64,000 nucleotides of DNA from Reclinomonas americana ATCC 50394 (taxonomy: Eukaryota): NCBI GenBank assembly GCA_048213135.1, contig PS015062.1, positions 1 to 64,000 of the forward strand, given 5' to 3'. The notes below the pieces were generated by a model that was not told where the DNA came from, ran no database searches, and was given only the letters and a program-made list of their open reading frames with translations. This document shows positions 1 through 12,100 of this stretch, piece by piece (within the stretch, counting starts at the first letter, position 1; each line of letters starts with the position of its first letter). Made by a program: the position numbers and the translations under genes.

Positions 1-95
1 CCGTACGTTGTCGTCGTAGTAGTTGTAGTACGTCTCCTTACTTAGTTCGTTCCTACCACCGAACTACTAACTAACTACCGTCCGTACTTACTTCT

Positions 96-100
<5 letters not shown>

Positions 101-139
<39 letters not shown>
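101..139. repeat. (CT)n microsatellite opening a pyrimidine-rich intronic tract (to 596)
   Basis: Direct reading of tctctctc run. Confidence 0.9.
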
Positions 140-142
<3 letters not shown>

Positions 143-596
143 CCTTGTCTCTCTTCTTCCTACTTTGTGTCCTCTCTCGCCGTTGTCCACAAACTTTTCC
201 CCGTAATGCCCCCAGCTTCTCGTTCTTCTCTCGCCAGTCAATTCATCGTCCTTGCGTTTTCTTCTCTTATCCTTCTCTCACATATTCGTCCCTCTCCTTG
301 TCTGTTTCTTTCCTCTGATTCTGGTCGTCTAAGCTTTCCTCTGTGTATTCCCAGACTCTCTCATCGTTGTTGTCTCGGCTCCCATTGTTTCTTTCTCTCT
401 CCCTCTCGCTGTCATTCTTCCATGGTTTCAAGTCGGCAAATACCTGCTCCTCAAGTCGTCCTTGTTTTTTCCCTCTCCCTCGCACACCTTTCTCTTTCGT
501 TTTCTCTCTCTTTTTCTGTCTCCATTTTTCCAGCCTCCTGTCATCATTTTTTCCTCTCCCTTCCCTTGCCCTCATCCGCCCTTCGATTCCGTGCAG

Positions 597-1629
597 CCTC
601 GTGAACGCCGGCGCTGTCGCCATTGAGAAGCTCGTGCCCACCGCCCCCGCCATCATCGAAGCCTTCTACCCGTCCACTGGCGGCGCGTCGGCCATTGCTC
701 GCCACCTGTTTGGCCTCGAAAATCGCTGGGGCCGTCTGCCGTACACGGTTCGTCGGCACCTCCCCCGGCTCACTTTTCTGTTCAAAAAAAGGACTGACCT
801 CCTTGCTTTTCCCCTCTCGCAGATCTACTCGTCAAACTACGTGAACAAGGTGACAAGTGTAGAGCACACTCTGCCACCCACCCACACATCTGCTCTCTGA
901 TTTGCGCGCAGATCGCCATGGACGACATGTCCATCACCGACGCTCCGGGTCGCGGCTATCGCTACTTTACTGGCCAGCCGCTGTTCCAGTTCGGTCAGGG
1001 TCTCTCGTATACCACCTTCAATGTGCAGTGCACAGCGTCGCCGTCTTCCGTGCAGCTGGGCATGAACGTCAATGTGCGTTGTTTGGGTAATTTGTCTCGC
1101 GACAGGCGTGCTGATGAGTGACTGCAGGTGAAATGCACGTTGGTGAACACCGGAAGCATGCCGGGCGATGAGGTACCGATCTCTCGTCTCCCTTTTCCTC
1201 TCCTCCACCTGGCTCATCGCGCTGGCGCAGGTGCTGATGGCCTTCCACCGCGTCAGCGACGACATTCGCAAGCAGGCGAGCGCCAAGCACCCCGTGCCCT
1301 TCAAGAACCTCGTCGAGTTTGCTCGCTTGTCGACCATGCCAGCGGCCACCCAGACTGTCGCGCTGCCTGCCATTAGCGTGGAGGACCTGGCCATCACCGA
1401 CGAGAACGGCCGGTGCGTGCGCCTCATCTCCGTCTCCCAGTTCTCTCTCCATCTCGATGTTCTCATGGCCACACTCTCACACATGTCTTCGCACACCAGG
1501 TACGTGTTGTACCCGGGCCAGCACTTCATCGACGTGTACGACAACACCGCCACTGCCCCACAATCCATGAGCATCACCGTCACCACGCCCAACAACCAGC
1601 CACAGGTGGTCTTCACCCCGCCGCAGTGA
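597..1629 (+). CDS. GH3 beta-xylosidase/beta-glucosidase, 3' part (C-terminal domain plus Fn3-like domain); 5' end lies upstream of the window
   Basis: Spliced exons read AIIEAFYPSTGGASAIARHLFGLENRWGRLPYT|IY...GRGYRYFTGQPLFQFGQGLSYTTF...NTGSMPGDEV...LVEFAR, typical GH3 C-terminal motifs; GT-AG introns; TGA at 1627-1629. Confidence 0.88.
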
Positions 1630-1672
1630 GTGAGCTGATGAAAAAGAAACACTCGCCAAGATCGCATTTCAA

Positions 1673-2246
1673 TCATCTCGGAGGCTGCGAACTTCCCTCA
1701 GCAACTGGTGGTGGCGGAGGTGGTGGAGGAGGCCGCTCATCGCTCACTCCCTCGCGAAATCCGGCGACAAACTCACTCACTGCATCGCGCACCAACGACA
1801 TGCGATTGCCAATGAGCTGTTGCACCACAGGCGCCGCCTCTTGCGCCGTCTTCTCCGCAGAAGACGCTGACACACACACACACACACACAGTCAGCAACA
1901 CTCCACTGACACACAAAACGCGCACACACACACAGACCAAGTCGCGCAAGGTTCTCTTCGCGCTCTCTCTGCGCCGCCGCCTCTCTCGCATCCTCGCGTC
2001 GCTGTGCCACCATTGAGCGGAACTCCTCCGCGTACTCTTTGCTCGCAGCAGCCCACACCTACTCACACACACACACACTTGAGCACACAAGAACAAACAG
2101 AGAGACAACGCAGTCACTCTTGCCTGCTTGTGTTGCGCCCATGTGAATCGATGCTTCCGCACTTGCCCCGGAGGATCTGGCAAGCAGTTGCGCGCATCCC
2201 ACTGATCCCATGCCTCTCGCACACGCAACAGACCTCTTCTCAACAT
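1673..2246 (-). CDS. Small conserved protein, probably mitochondrial, resembling plant EMB2735-like proteins (3 exons)
   Basis: MLRRGLLRVREAW...LPDPPGQVRKHRFTWAQHKQ|VWAAASKEY...RMSLVRDAVSEFVAGFREG; LPDPP...TW and RDA..F..G..EG motifs match my recollection of that family; Arg-rich N-terminus. Confidence 0.6.
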
Positions 2247-2296
2247 CAGTACACTTGTCGCGAGCGACTGACAATTCCTCTTTGTTCTCAATCATC

Positions 2297-4113
2297 ATGT
2301 TGGTGAGCTGGTTACTCAGCGACTCCTCCTCGTCCTCCTCGCGACGATGGAGCATTGCACTGGTGGCCTTGGACACTGCGCTCACCACACTCATCATCTC
2401 TCTCGTGGCGTACACGGAGATCGACTGGATCGCCTACATGCAAGAGGTGGAGGGCGCACTGGGCGGGGAATTCGATTATATGCAGCTCAAGGGCGATACG
2501 GGTCCGCTCGTCTACCCCGCCGGCTTTGTATACGTGTACGCATTGCTGTACAAGCTCACCGGCGGCGGAGCGCACATTCGGCTGGCGCAGTACGTGTTTG
2601 CCGCGCTCTACGCGGCCATGCTGGCAATCGTGCATGTGGTGTATCGCAAGTCGCGGGTTTCGGCGCCGATTGTGCTGGCAATGTTGTCGCTGAGTCGACG
2701 AGTGCACTCGATTTTCGTTTTGCGCCTATTCAACGATGGAGTGGCGATGTTGTTGTTGTATGCGTCGTTGGCGCTGTTGTTGTGGACGCGCGATCGGCGG
2801 CGACGGAACTATGTGTGGATTTCGTTGCTGTTCAGTGCGGCGGTGTCGGTCAAGATGAATGTGTTGCTGTTTGCGCCCGGCTTCCTCGTGGTGCTGCTCG
2901 TCGATTTGGGAGTGGGTGGGGCGATTGCGCAGATTGGCGTGTGCGCGTTGTTGCAGGTTTGGAGGATTCTGGGTGGACGCTGGCTCTCTTCCCCTCTGTT
3001 CTCTCGCTCTCTTTCTCGCTCTTCTTCTCTCACTCTTGTCCTCTCTCTCGCTCTGCTCTTTCTTCTCATTCGTCATCGTCTCTCTTTCTCTCCTTCTCCC
3101 TCTACTCACTCTCCTCTCATCTCTCTCCCCTCTCCGCTCCTCTCTTCTTCTCTTCTCTCTTTCCTCCCTCTTTCCCCTCGCCCCCTCACCTCTCCCCCCT
3201 CTCTTCTCTCTCTCCTCCCCTCTCCTTCTCCCCTCCCCTCTCCTCCCCTCTCTTCTTCTCTTCTCTCTTTCTTCTCTCTTCTTCCTCTCTTCCCCTCTCT
3301 TTCTCTCACTCTTGTCTTCTCTCTTCTCTCTCTCTCTTCCCCTCTTTCCCCTTGTCTTCATCCTCTCACTCATCCCTCTACTCACTCTCCTCCCATCTCC
3401 TCCCCTCTCGTCTGCCTCTCCTCCCTCCCCTCTCCTCCCCTCTCCTTCTCCCTCTCCTCCCCTCTCCTTCCCTCTCCTCCCCTCCCTTCCCCTCCCCTCC
3501 CCTCCCCTCTTTCCCCTTCCCTCACTCTTTCCCTCTGTCCCCCTCCCTTCCCCCTCTTTTGCAGCTCATGCTCGGCGCCCCTTTCCTTGTCGGCAACGCG
3601 TGGAGCTACGTGTCGCGCTCGTTCGACCTCGGTCGCCAGTTCCTCTACGTGTGGACCGTCAACTGGCGCTTCCTGCCCGAGTCCATCTTCACCGACCGCA
3701 CGCTGGCCGTCGGGTTGCTGGCGGCGCACTTGGGCGCGCTGGTGTGGCTGGGCGTGCGCTTCTGGCGCGAGCGACGCCGCACGCCGCTCTCCAACTACGA
3801 CGTGACGTACTTGTTCTTTGTCGCCAACTTTGTCGGCATTGTGTGTGCACGCTCGCTGCACTTCCAGTTCTACGTGTGGTACTTCCACACGCTGCCGTTC
3901 CTGCTGCGCCACGCGCGCATCGGCATCACCGTGCATCGTGTGGTGTTTCTGTTGTGCGTGGAGCTCGTGTGGAACATTTTCCCCGCACGTCCAGTCACCA
4001 GCTTGGCACTCTTCCTCCTCCACTTCTACCTTCTCGCGCGACTGCTCTTCTGGGCGCCGATTGGCGACGGCACAGCCCACAAGGAGGAGGTGGCGGCGGG
4101 CAAACAACAATAA
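2297..4113 (+). CDS. ALG3: Dol-P-Man:Man5GlcNAc2-PP-Dol alpha-1,3-mannosyltransferase; exons 2297-2956 and 3565-4113
   Basis: YTEIDWIAYMQEV, GDTGPLVYPAG, RVHSIFVLRLFND, SVKMN, YVWTVNWRF, ARSLHFQFYVWYFH, ELVWNIFP. Confidence 0.96.
2957..3564 (+). repeat. 608-nt almost pure polypyrimidine low-complexity intron of ALG3
   Basis: GT...CAG boundaries restore the ALG3 frame (LLQ|LML); interior is C/T repeats. Confidence 0.9.
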
Positions 4114-4146
4114 AACAGTAGAACATACAATTTGTAATGGTGTGTG

Positions 4147-7100
4147 TCAGCGGTGTGTCTCGCTTGCGCCGCCGCCCAGGGGAGGATTGAGGGACGGCAG
4201 GCGAGGCGTGGAATTCGTGCCCGGTAACCTCGTTCGAGGTGACGCCTGCGCGCGCACAGTGAGAAATAAATTACAATGGTGGGGCAGCGTGGGGAATGGT
4301 GAGACGCACAAACTCTTGCGATCGTTGCAGGGCTGACAGATTCTGTGTGTGTGGTGTCAGCAACAGCGAAGAAGCAGCATGCACAGAAGAGATGATAAAC
4401 TCACCAGTGTCGGTGGTTGTACAATAATGTGTCGTGGGGTCACCGGTCTGTGGCAGGAAGCACGCACGATGAGTCAGGCAGAAAAAAACAGGAGAAGACC
4501 GCGTAAGCCATCCGCACCGTAATGGTCCATCACTGAGGCACACAAAACATACGTCAGCGCATAAAAAACTCCTCGTGATGCGGGGAAATCTCTCCCGACT
4601 CACCGCTGGCCTTCCCGCGGCTTCATTCGGCCGACCAAAAAGCCACCGGCGGCAAACACCTTGACGACGCTCAGCTCGCCCTCGCCCACCGTCCTCCGCA
4701 CCGGTTGCTGCACCGCCAACGACTCTGTCTGTTGTCGGTCGTAACGGTGATCTCTTCTGCACATTACACCGCGTGAGCAATCTTTTCTTCCTTCTCTCCC
4801 CTTTCACCCCCTTCCACCCTTTCCCACCTTGCTCGCGTTGGCGACGTCGAGTGGCGACTGGCCGCCACCACGGTTGGCTCGGGCGGTCGGTGTGGCACTG
4901 GACGGGGACCGACGGGTGGATGTGGCGAAAAGGCTTCGCCCACCAGTTCCGCGGCCGGTGTCACCTTGCCGATCTGATTGCTGGGCATTAGCAGCTGGCG
5001 CGGCATGGAGCGCGGCGACGGAATGCTGGTGGCGTTGTAGGTTACTGGCAGAGGCGGAGGCGGAGTCGTCACGTGCCCGGAACCCGACGGTCCACGTGCA
5101 GATCTGGGCGGACTGACCGAGGCACTGTCGCCACCGCGCGCCGACTTGGGCGACCCCGGTACACTGACATTGAGTTTCTGCGCCAGCACGAGTAACAGTG
5201 AGTGACCGACCACTTAAACAAATGATGCGTGACGTACATGAGTCTCCACATTCAGGTCCTCCAGCGGTGCCGTGCCGTACTGCTGCAGGTACTGGAGGCG
5301 CGTCCACAGCTCGTCGGCCATCAGGTGGCGCACACGGAGGCGACCTTCGGCATCGAGTTGCTCCTCGGCCTCCTCCAGTCGCTCGCGCACCACATTGTCA
5401 CGCAATCTCTGCACCTTGTCCATCTGCATCAGAGCGCGCGCCTCCAGTCGGTCAAACACGCTCATCTGACTGATGATCCACTTGAGTTTCTGCTCCTCGG
5501 TCATGTTGGCCGGCATCTCCGAGCCGCGTTTCCTCGGCGAGCGTCGTTGCTGCGCGTGGTCGGGGCGCGTCCGAGTGGCACCGGCGCTCTCACCACGCAC
5601 CAGCCACGTATCGTCGCCGTCGTGCGGTATCGCAGCTGCCGTCGGCGCGCCGTCCGCCATTTGCAACACGACCGACGAGTCTCTGTGCGAGCGATGCGCG
5701 GAGCTGGTACGTGAGTTCGCGCGGCTGACCGCCGTCCCCGGCCGCGGTGGCATCTCAACCACGTTGGGCGTGATCGACATGCGCGACTGGTTCCGCGATC
5801 CCGACCGCGAGTACGAACGATCACGATCCGCATCGCCCGACTCGCGCTCCCGACCACGCTCGTGCTCCCGTGGTGCCTGCTCGACAGGTCGTTCGGCCAA
5901 CAGGCGCTCCAGTTCCAAAATGCGTTGGGTGGCCGCCAGCAGCTGCCCCTCCAAGTCGGCAACTTCGCGCCGCAAATCCACCATGGACGATCGCTGCTGG
6001 CTCAGATCCTCCTGTGCGCGCTGCAGCTCACCCTGCAGCGCCTCATTCGCCGCCTTGGCGCTGAGCAGCTCGATACTGAGGTCGTTCACCTGTGCCACCT
6101 CCGCTGCCGCCGCATCCAGCTGCTGCCGCAACGCATCCATCTCCTCCTTCTGTGCACGAGCAGCAGCCGCCGCCTCCTCATCGAGCGCCGCCGCCTGCAT
6201 GCGCATGCGCTCCTGCACCTTGCCGAGCTCCTGCTGCATCCGCTTCTTCCACTCGTTGTTCAACTTCTCCCGCTCCTCGTCCAGCTGCTTCTGCGAGTAT
6301 TTCGGTTGCTCCTCCGGCGGCAGCTTCTTCTCCTCCTCCTCTAATATGGCGGGCCCGAGTCGATCGAGACGGCCGCCAGACAGCTGTCACACACACAGGT
6401 CAGCACGCTCTTATTCCTTCTCTATCCCTCTCTTCCTTCTCCCCCTCACACACCTTGCTGTTCAGTGCCACAATCTCCTTCAGGAGCTGCGCTCGTTCCT
6501 TGTCCCACTCTTTCTTCCGCCGATCGGTCTTGCGCGCCTCAATCTCCTCGACGGCCTCCTCCTCCTTGTACGCCTCCTCCAGCGACTTGAGCTTGCGCAT
6601 GGTGGTGGTGAGTTGCGCCTCGGCCAGTGTGGCGCGTTCGCGCCACATGCGCAGCTCACGTGCACGCGGGCGCGCACACATGGCCATGGTCCGCATCGTT
6701 GCCGCCATGAACCCATTAAACATCTTGTCGACACACCGCCGCACCGACGAACCCAACGCCCTCTCCTCCGTCACCGCCTCGCCCAGAATCACCGATTGCA
6801 GGAGAGCCAAGCCGGCCTCGCTGGTCATGCGTTCCGTCGCTCGCAGCACCTCGCCCGGCATAAAGTTCACCTCGACCGCCTCCAGCGCCCCCGCCAGTCG
6901 ACGAGCCGACGCCGGCGCTGCATCGTCGCCCACCAGCGCCACCGCCTGCAGCGGCAACGAGCGGACGAGCTCCTCATCGTCCACCGACACCACTCGCGGC
7001 TTGACCAGCTCGCCAGGCGCCGGCGCATCAAACTCCAGCTCCCTGGCCGCCTCCCTAACATCACTTTGCAGCGCCACCTTGCGTCGCGCCTCCGACAACG

Positions 7101-7788
7101 CCGTGACCATGTCCACCGCCGTGTCATCGCCGGCCACCAGTCGCTCCGCACGCAGCGTCCGCGTCGATCGCAGCGCCTCGAGATCCGCTCGCACATTGTC
7201 TTCGCGATCCTGCGGGCGCTCCTCGGCCGCCATTTGCCGAATGGGCTCGCTGATGGCGTTGTGCAGCAGACGAAACGCCGACTGCATCTGCGCGGCAATG
7301 TACCGCAGCGACCAGGCCACGGTCTCCGGCGCCGAGATGCGTCCACTGCCCACCTCGTGAACAGTCACTGTGCGTGTGTGTGTGCGAGTGTGAGAGAGCG
7401 AGGAGAGAGAGAGAGAGAGAGAGAAGTGGGCGGGAGAGTACACGCAACTGCGCTGCTCAATGCCGCGATGGTGTCGTGGGCTGCCTGCGAGCTCGTCCAC
7501 CGAGTCGGCCGTTGGTGAGCCGAGTGGAGGCGGAGAGCGGCGATCAGTGGCCAGACGGTGAATGGCGGTGAGTGCTGCGCCATCGAGGCGGCCGCGATGA
7601 GAGGTGCTGTTGCCACTGGCTTCAGTGTTGTGCTTGCTCATGGATGTAGAGAGGGACATGAAGGTGGTGGAGAGCGAGGCGGAGCCGTCGCGAAAGTTGT
7701 GGTGGTGGCGATCGCGATCGCGACTGCCCAGACCCGATCGCGCGGTGCGCGAGAGCACGTCGAGAAAGTCGTCTTCCTCCTCGTCCAT
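4147..7788 (-). CDS. Hypothetical coiled-coil protein with low-complexity Ser/Pro/Arg C-terminus (about 8 exons)
   Basis: Long exons 6454-7367 and about 5238-6383 encode heptad-rich E/Q/R sequence; GT-AG introns keep the frame to TGA at 4147-4149; start codon uncertain. Confidence 0.7.
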
Positions 7789-8215
7789 GCGAGGTGCGAA
7801 GGAGGACGGACTGACAAGCGCGTGCTTTAAGATATAAGAAATCAATTGCTCGTCGGTTGGTTGGCCGTTGGTCAAATCAAATCATCTTCGCTCTCTCTTC
7901 TCTCCCGCGATCTCCCCAGGTCACAGACGACACAATACGATGCATTTCAGCTGCGAAGAACAACACCACAGAAGAGGGACAGGGAAAAATCTCACAGAGA
8001 AAGGGAAAGTGACAAGAACGGCGAAAAAACCGAGGATGAATTTCCACCCCCGTCTGCTTCTCCTCCACACTCTCCTGCCGCCCCCACCTCCCGACGACCC
8101 ACCCGAGACGTCCACTCCTCCGCTCATCGAGCCTCAATACAGCATCCACACAGCGCACCGTTCGCCACCAATCACAACACACAAGCCGACCACACACAAA
8201 TCCACAGCGGGGAGA

Positions 8216-8898
8216 TTACTTCTTCTGCAGAATCTTGGCCTTCTCCAGACCCTTGACCTTCTTCGCGCGGTTCTTGCGCTCGCGTCGCTGCTTGCGCGAC
8301 GACTCGACCTTGGGTGACAGGCCCAGCTACACGCACAATAGAAAATCAGCGACACAAGAAACCCTTCGCATTGAACGCGCAAAACACACTGCGGTACTCA
8401 ACGCGGCGCAGACGGTGCTTCGGCTCAACGTCCTTCACGGACTCCATGTCGTCGTACACCTAACACACACTCACTCCATCAGCAATCTGCGCAAAAAAAC
8501 AACAATCTCTCGCCCTTGCGTGCACTCACCAGGGCGAAGCCCGAGGTGCGGCCACCGCCAAATGCCGTCTTCAAGCCGAACAGCTGGATGACGTCGGGGT
8601 TGTTGACCTACACACACACAACCCTCTGTCAACTCACTTGCCGGTCTTCTCCATCTCACACACATTCATGACCGCACCTTGAACATCTTGGCCAGGGTGC
8701 GGCGGAGATCGCTCTTCGACGGCGCGGCCTTGCCAGTGTGAGTGGCCTCCACGGCCTACAATCACATGCACCACTATCAGTGCCTGTCACCTTCCTCTTT
8801 GTCACTCACTCACAAACACACACACACACCATCTGCTTTCGCCGCAGAAGCGGGTTCGTCATGAACTTGCGGATACGGATGCTGTACGAGTCCGACAT
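8216..8898 (-). CDS. RPS24: 40S ribosomal protein S24 (eS24), 5 coding exons
   Basis: MSDSYSIRIRKFMTNPLLRRKQM...FGLKTAFGGGRTSGFAL|VYD...EPKHRLRR|LGL...SRKQRRERKNRAKKVKG. Confidence 0.97.
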
Positions 8899-9189
8899 TC
8901 TCCCGGGAGAACCTACACGGAAGCAAGCGGAGGAAGGGGGGGCAGCGATGGTCAGCACATGATGCGCATGGCCACTCACACACACCACCAACACGCGCAC
9001 ACGAGCACCGCCAACGACACCGATACACACAGACACATCCTCTGCGCACACAAGAGGAGAGAGGCGAGTGGCACACACAGTGCCGGCCTCGAGAGGCGAA
9101 ACCACCTCTCACCTGTGGTGGCTAGTGACAAAAGTGGACAGAGACGGTGCTCGCCACAGCAAACTGTCCCGATCGCAATCACCGACACA

Positions 9190-12100
9190 ATGCTGCGCAG
9201 TCGCACCTTTCATCGCAAGACTCGCCGCGGGCAAGTGCAGAAGCAAGTGCTGGAGCACTATCTGCGCGACGACATTTACTGTGGGTGAGTCCTGTCTCTG
9301 TCTGTGTGTGACAACACACACGCACACACAAGTCAGCAAAGGAACCCTCTCTCTCTGCGAGTCAACTGGCAGCCTGTATGTAGAGGAGAGAGATAGAGGG
9401 AGAGTCTATTGCAGCAGAGATGACCGGGAATGCGACTGAGAGCGTGATTTGAGAATGCGAGTCTGTGCATGTGCATGTGCACTTACGCAGACTCGCCCCC
9501 TTCCCGTCACAGTTCGCCGCGCTGTCTGGTGTGCCCGCAGAAGAATGCCCCTCTCGGTCTCGACTCTGATCATTACTTGATTGGTGCGTCGCTCCTCTGC
9601 ACTCCCTCGATGATTGTGAGACTGATTGTGTGTGTGCATGTCAGTCGACACGAATGTGGCGCTGCAGCAGCTGGACTTTCTCGAATCGCCACACATTCGC
9701 GACGTGATCATTCTGTACACGGTGCTGCAAGAGGTGCGCCATCGCAATCTGTCGGCGCACTCGAGGTTACGGGCGTGTCTGACGGACCCGGCGCGTCGCT
9801 GGTTCTGCTTTGCGAATGAGCACCACCGCGACGCCTACGTCGACCGCTTGCCGCACGAGACGCCCAACGACCGCAACGACCGTGCGATTCGCACCGCGGT
9901 GCAGTGGTACCTGCGTCACTTTGATCACGGCCTCAATGTGATTCTGTTGAGCAACGATCGGGAGTGTCTCGAGCTGGCGACCAAGGAGGGTATTACGGCC
10001 CTGACGCCGCAGGCCTACTGCTTGCGTCTGGGGGAGATTGCAGCACCGCTGCTGGACCTCTTGGCCGACACTCAGGGGAGCGGCGATGCGTCGCGAGGCA
10101 GGGCAGGCACGAAGAAGAAGAATAAGAGAGGCAAGAATGCGGGTGACGAGGAGATGGTGGAGATGCCGACGGATGGGGAGTCGTCGTCGGTGGTGACGTT
10201 GGGAGGTGCGGTCGATGCCGATGAGCGAGTGTTCCCCGTACACCTGCCGCTGCCGCAGTTGATGACCGGTGTGCGTGAGGGTCGTTTCCACCAGGGCGCC
10301 ATTCGTGTCAATCGTCACCACTGTCACGAGGCGTACTTGTCGTCGCCCACGCTGCCGGCCGGCTGTGACATTCTCATTCGTGGGCGTCACATGAATCGTG
10401 CCGTTGACGGTGACATTGTCGCGGTGGAGATGCTGCCGGAGGATCAGTGGATGAGTGCAAGCACGCGCGTCAAGGAGTCCGCATCTGCGGCGGCCTCCAA
10501 CGGTGGTGGTGACGACACTGACGAAGACGAGGAGGAGGAGGAGGAGATTGAGGAAGATCGTGATGCACACGTGCCGCCCATGTTTGACGAGGAGGCCGCC
10601 GTGGGACCTGCGCCGCTGCCGGCCTCCGCTCGGTCACGCCCCACTGGCCGTGTCGTTGGCATCATCAAGCGCAACTGGCGCGAGTACTGCGGATGCATCA
10701 AGATCCCGGATCGGTTGCTGCCCGAGTTGCGAGCGTTCCTGCAGCTGGTTCGCGATATTGTGGCTGTGCTCGTCTATCTCTTTCCCCACTCTCACGGTTC
10801 GCACTTTGCAGTCGGAAAAAGAACGAGCGTCGTCGGGCACTACGTCGTCGAATGTGGTGGAGAGCGTGTTGTTTGTGGCGTTGAACAAGTCGATTCCACA
10901 CATTCGCATCCGCACACGGCAGCTGCGCTCGCTGTTCAACAAGCGCATCGTGGTGCGTATCGATGATTGGCCGCACGATTCACGGCACCCGGTCGGCCAC
11001 TACGTGCGCACCCTTGGCGACATTGGTGACACGGAGGCCGAGTCGGAGGCCATTCTGATTGAGCACGCAGTCACACACTACGCCTTCTCGGAGGCGGTCC
11101 TCGCCTGCCTACCACCACCCGACTACACCATTAGCGACGATGAGGTGGCGCGGCGGCGCGATGTGCGCGACCTGTGTGTGGTGTCGGTGGATCCTCCTGG
11201 GTGCCGCGACATTGACGACGCGCTGCATGCGCGCAAGTTGCCCAACGGTAACATCGAGGTCGGAGTGCACATTGCCGATGTGACGCATTTCCTGGCCGAG
11301 GGTTCGGCCATGGATCTGGAGGCTGCGTCGCGAGCAACCACTGTGTATCTGGTCAACAAGCGCATCGACATGTTGCCGAAGCTGCTGACCGAGAGTTGCG
11401 CACCGTGTTGTCTCACGAACACAAGTACGCACGTCTCTCTGACTTGTCGTGTCGTGCAGACTTGTGTTCGCTGCGTGCTCAAGTGGATCGCTTGTCGTTT
11501 TCGGTGTTTTGGGAGGTCACACCGCAGGCCGGCGTGGTGCACGTCGACTTTGCAAAGACCGTGATCCGCTCGCGCGCAGCCCTGACCTACGCAGAGGCGC
11601 AGGCCAAGATCGACGACAAGGCGTGTCGCGACGAGGTGGCCGAGTCGTTGCGCCTGCTGATGATGTTGGCCAAGCAGTTGAAGCAGCGCCGCCTGGATGC
11701 CGGTGCTCTCTCCCTCGCCTCCCCCGAAGTCAAGTTCAGCATGGATTCCGACAGCGCCAATCCGACCGATGTCCGTTGCGTGATGCAGAGGAAAACACGC
11801 ACACACGCACACACACTTCCTCCCTCTCATTGCTGACGCGGTTGGGTGCAGAAATGTACGAGCTGCGCGACACCAACTCCATGGTCGAGGAGTTCATGTT
11901 GCTGGCCAACATTGCCGTGGCCGAGCACATCACCAATGCGTTCCCCACCCACGCACTGCTGCGTCGCCATCCTCCGCCCACACCACACGCCTTCGACATG
12001 CTGGTCAGTCAGGCGGCCACGGCTGGCGTGGAGATCGACACGTCAACATCGCGTGCGCTGGCTCTCTCGTTGGATCACGCTGTCTCCGCCGACAATCCCT

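Noticed and set aside
1-100. Odd tagt/acta/cgta-rich sequence at the window start
   Set aside because: Looks like a low-quality read tail next to a microsatellite at a contig edge; no repeat unit, telomere motif or ORF.
2210-4121. Three long overlapping + strand ORFs (531, 588, 420 aa) and E/R/G-rich antisense ORFs
   Set aside because: They run through the stop-free C/T intron of ALG3 and are compositional artefacts.
5473-7518. 681-aa + strand ORF and many similar Ser/Arg/Cys-rich ORFs across the window
   Set aside because: Antisense shadows of real genes in GC-rich DNA; no motifs.
11395-11459. Idea that GTTGCG introns are non-canonical TT-AG introns with the G in the exon
   Set aside because: Placing the G in the exon frameshifts conserved sequence (DIS3 LLTENLCSL); only GT..AG boundaries keep the frame.
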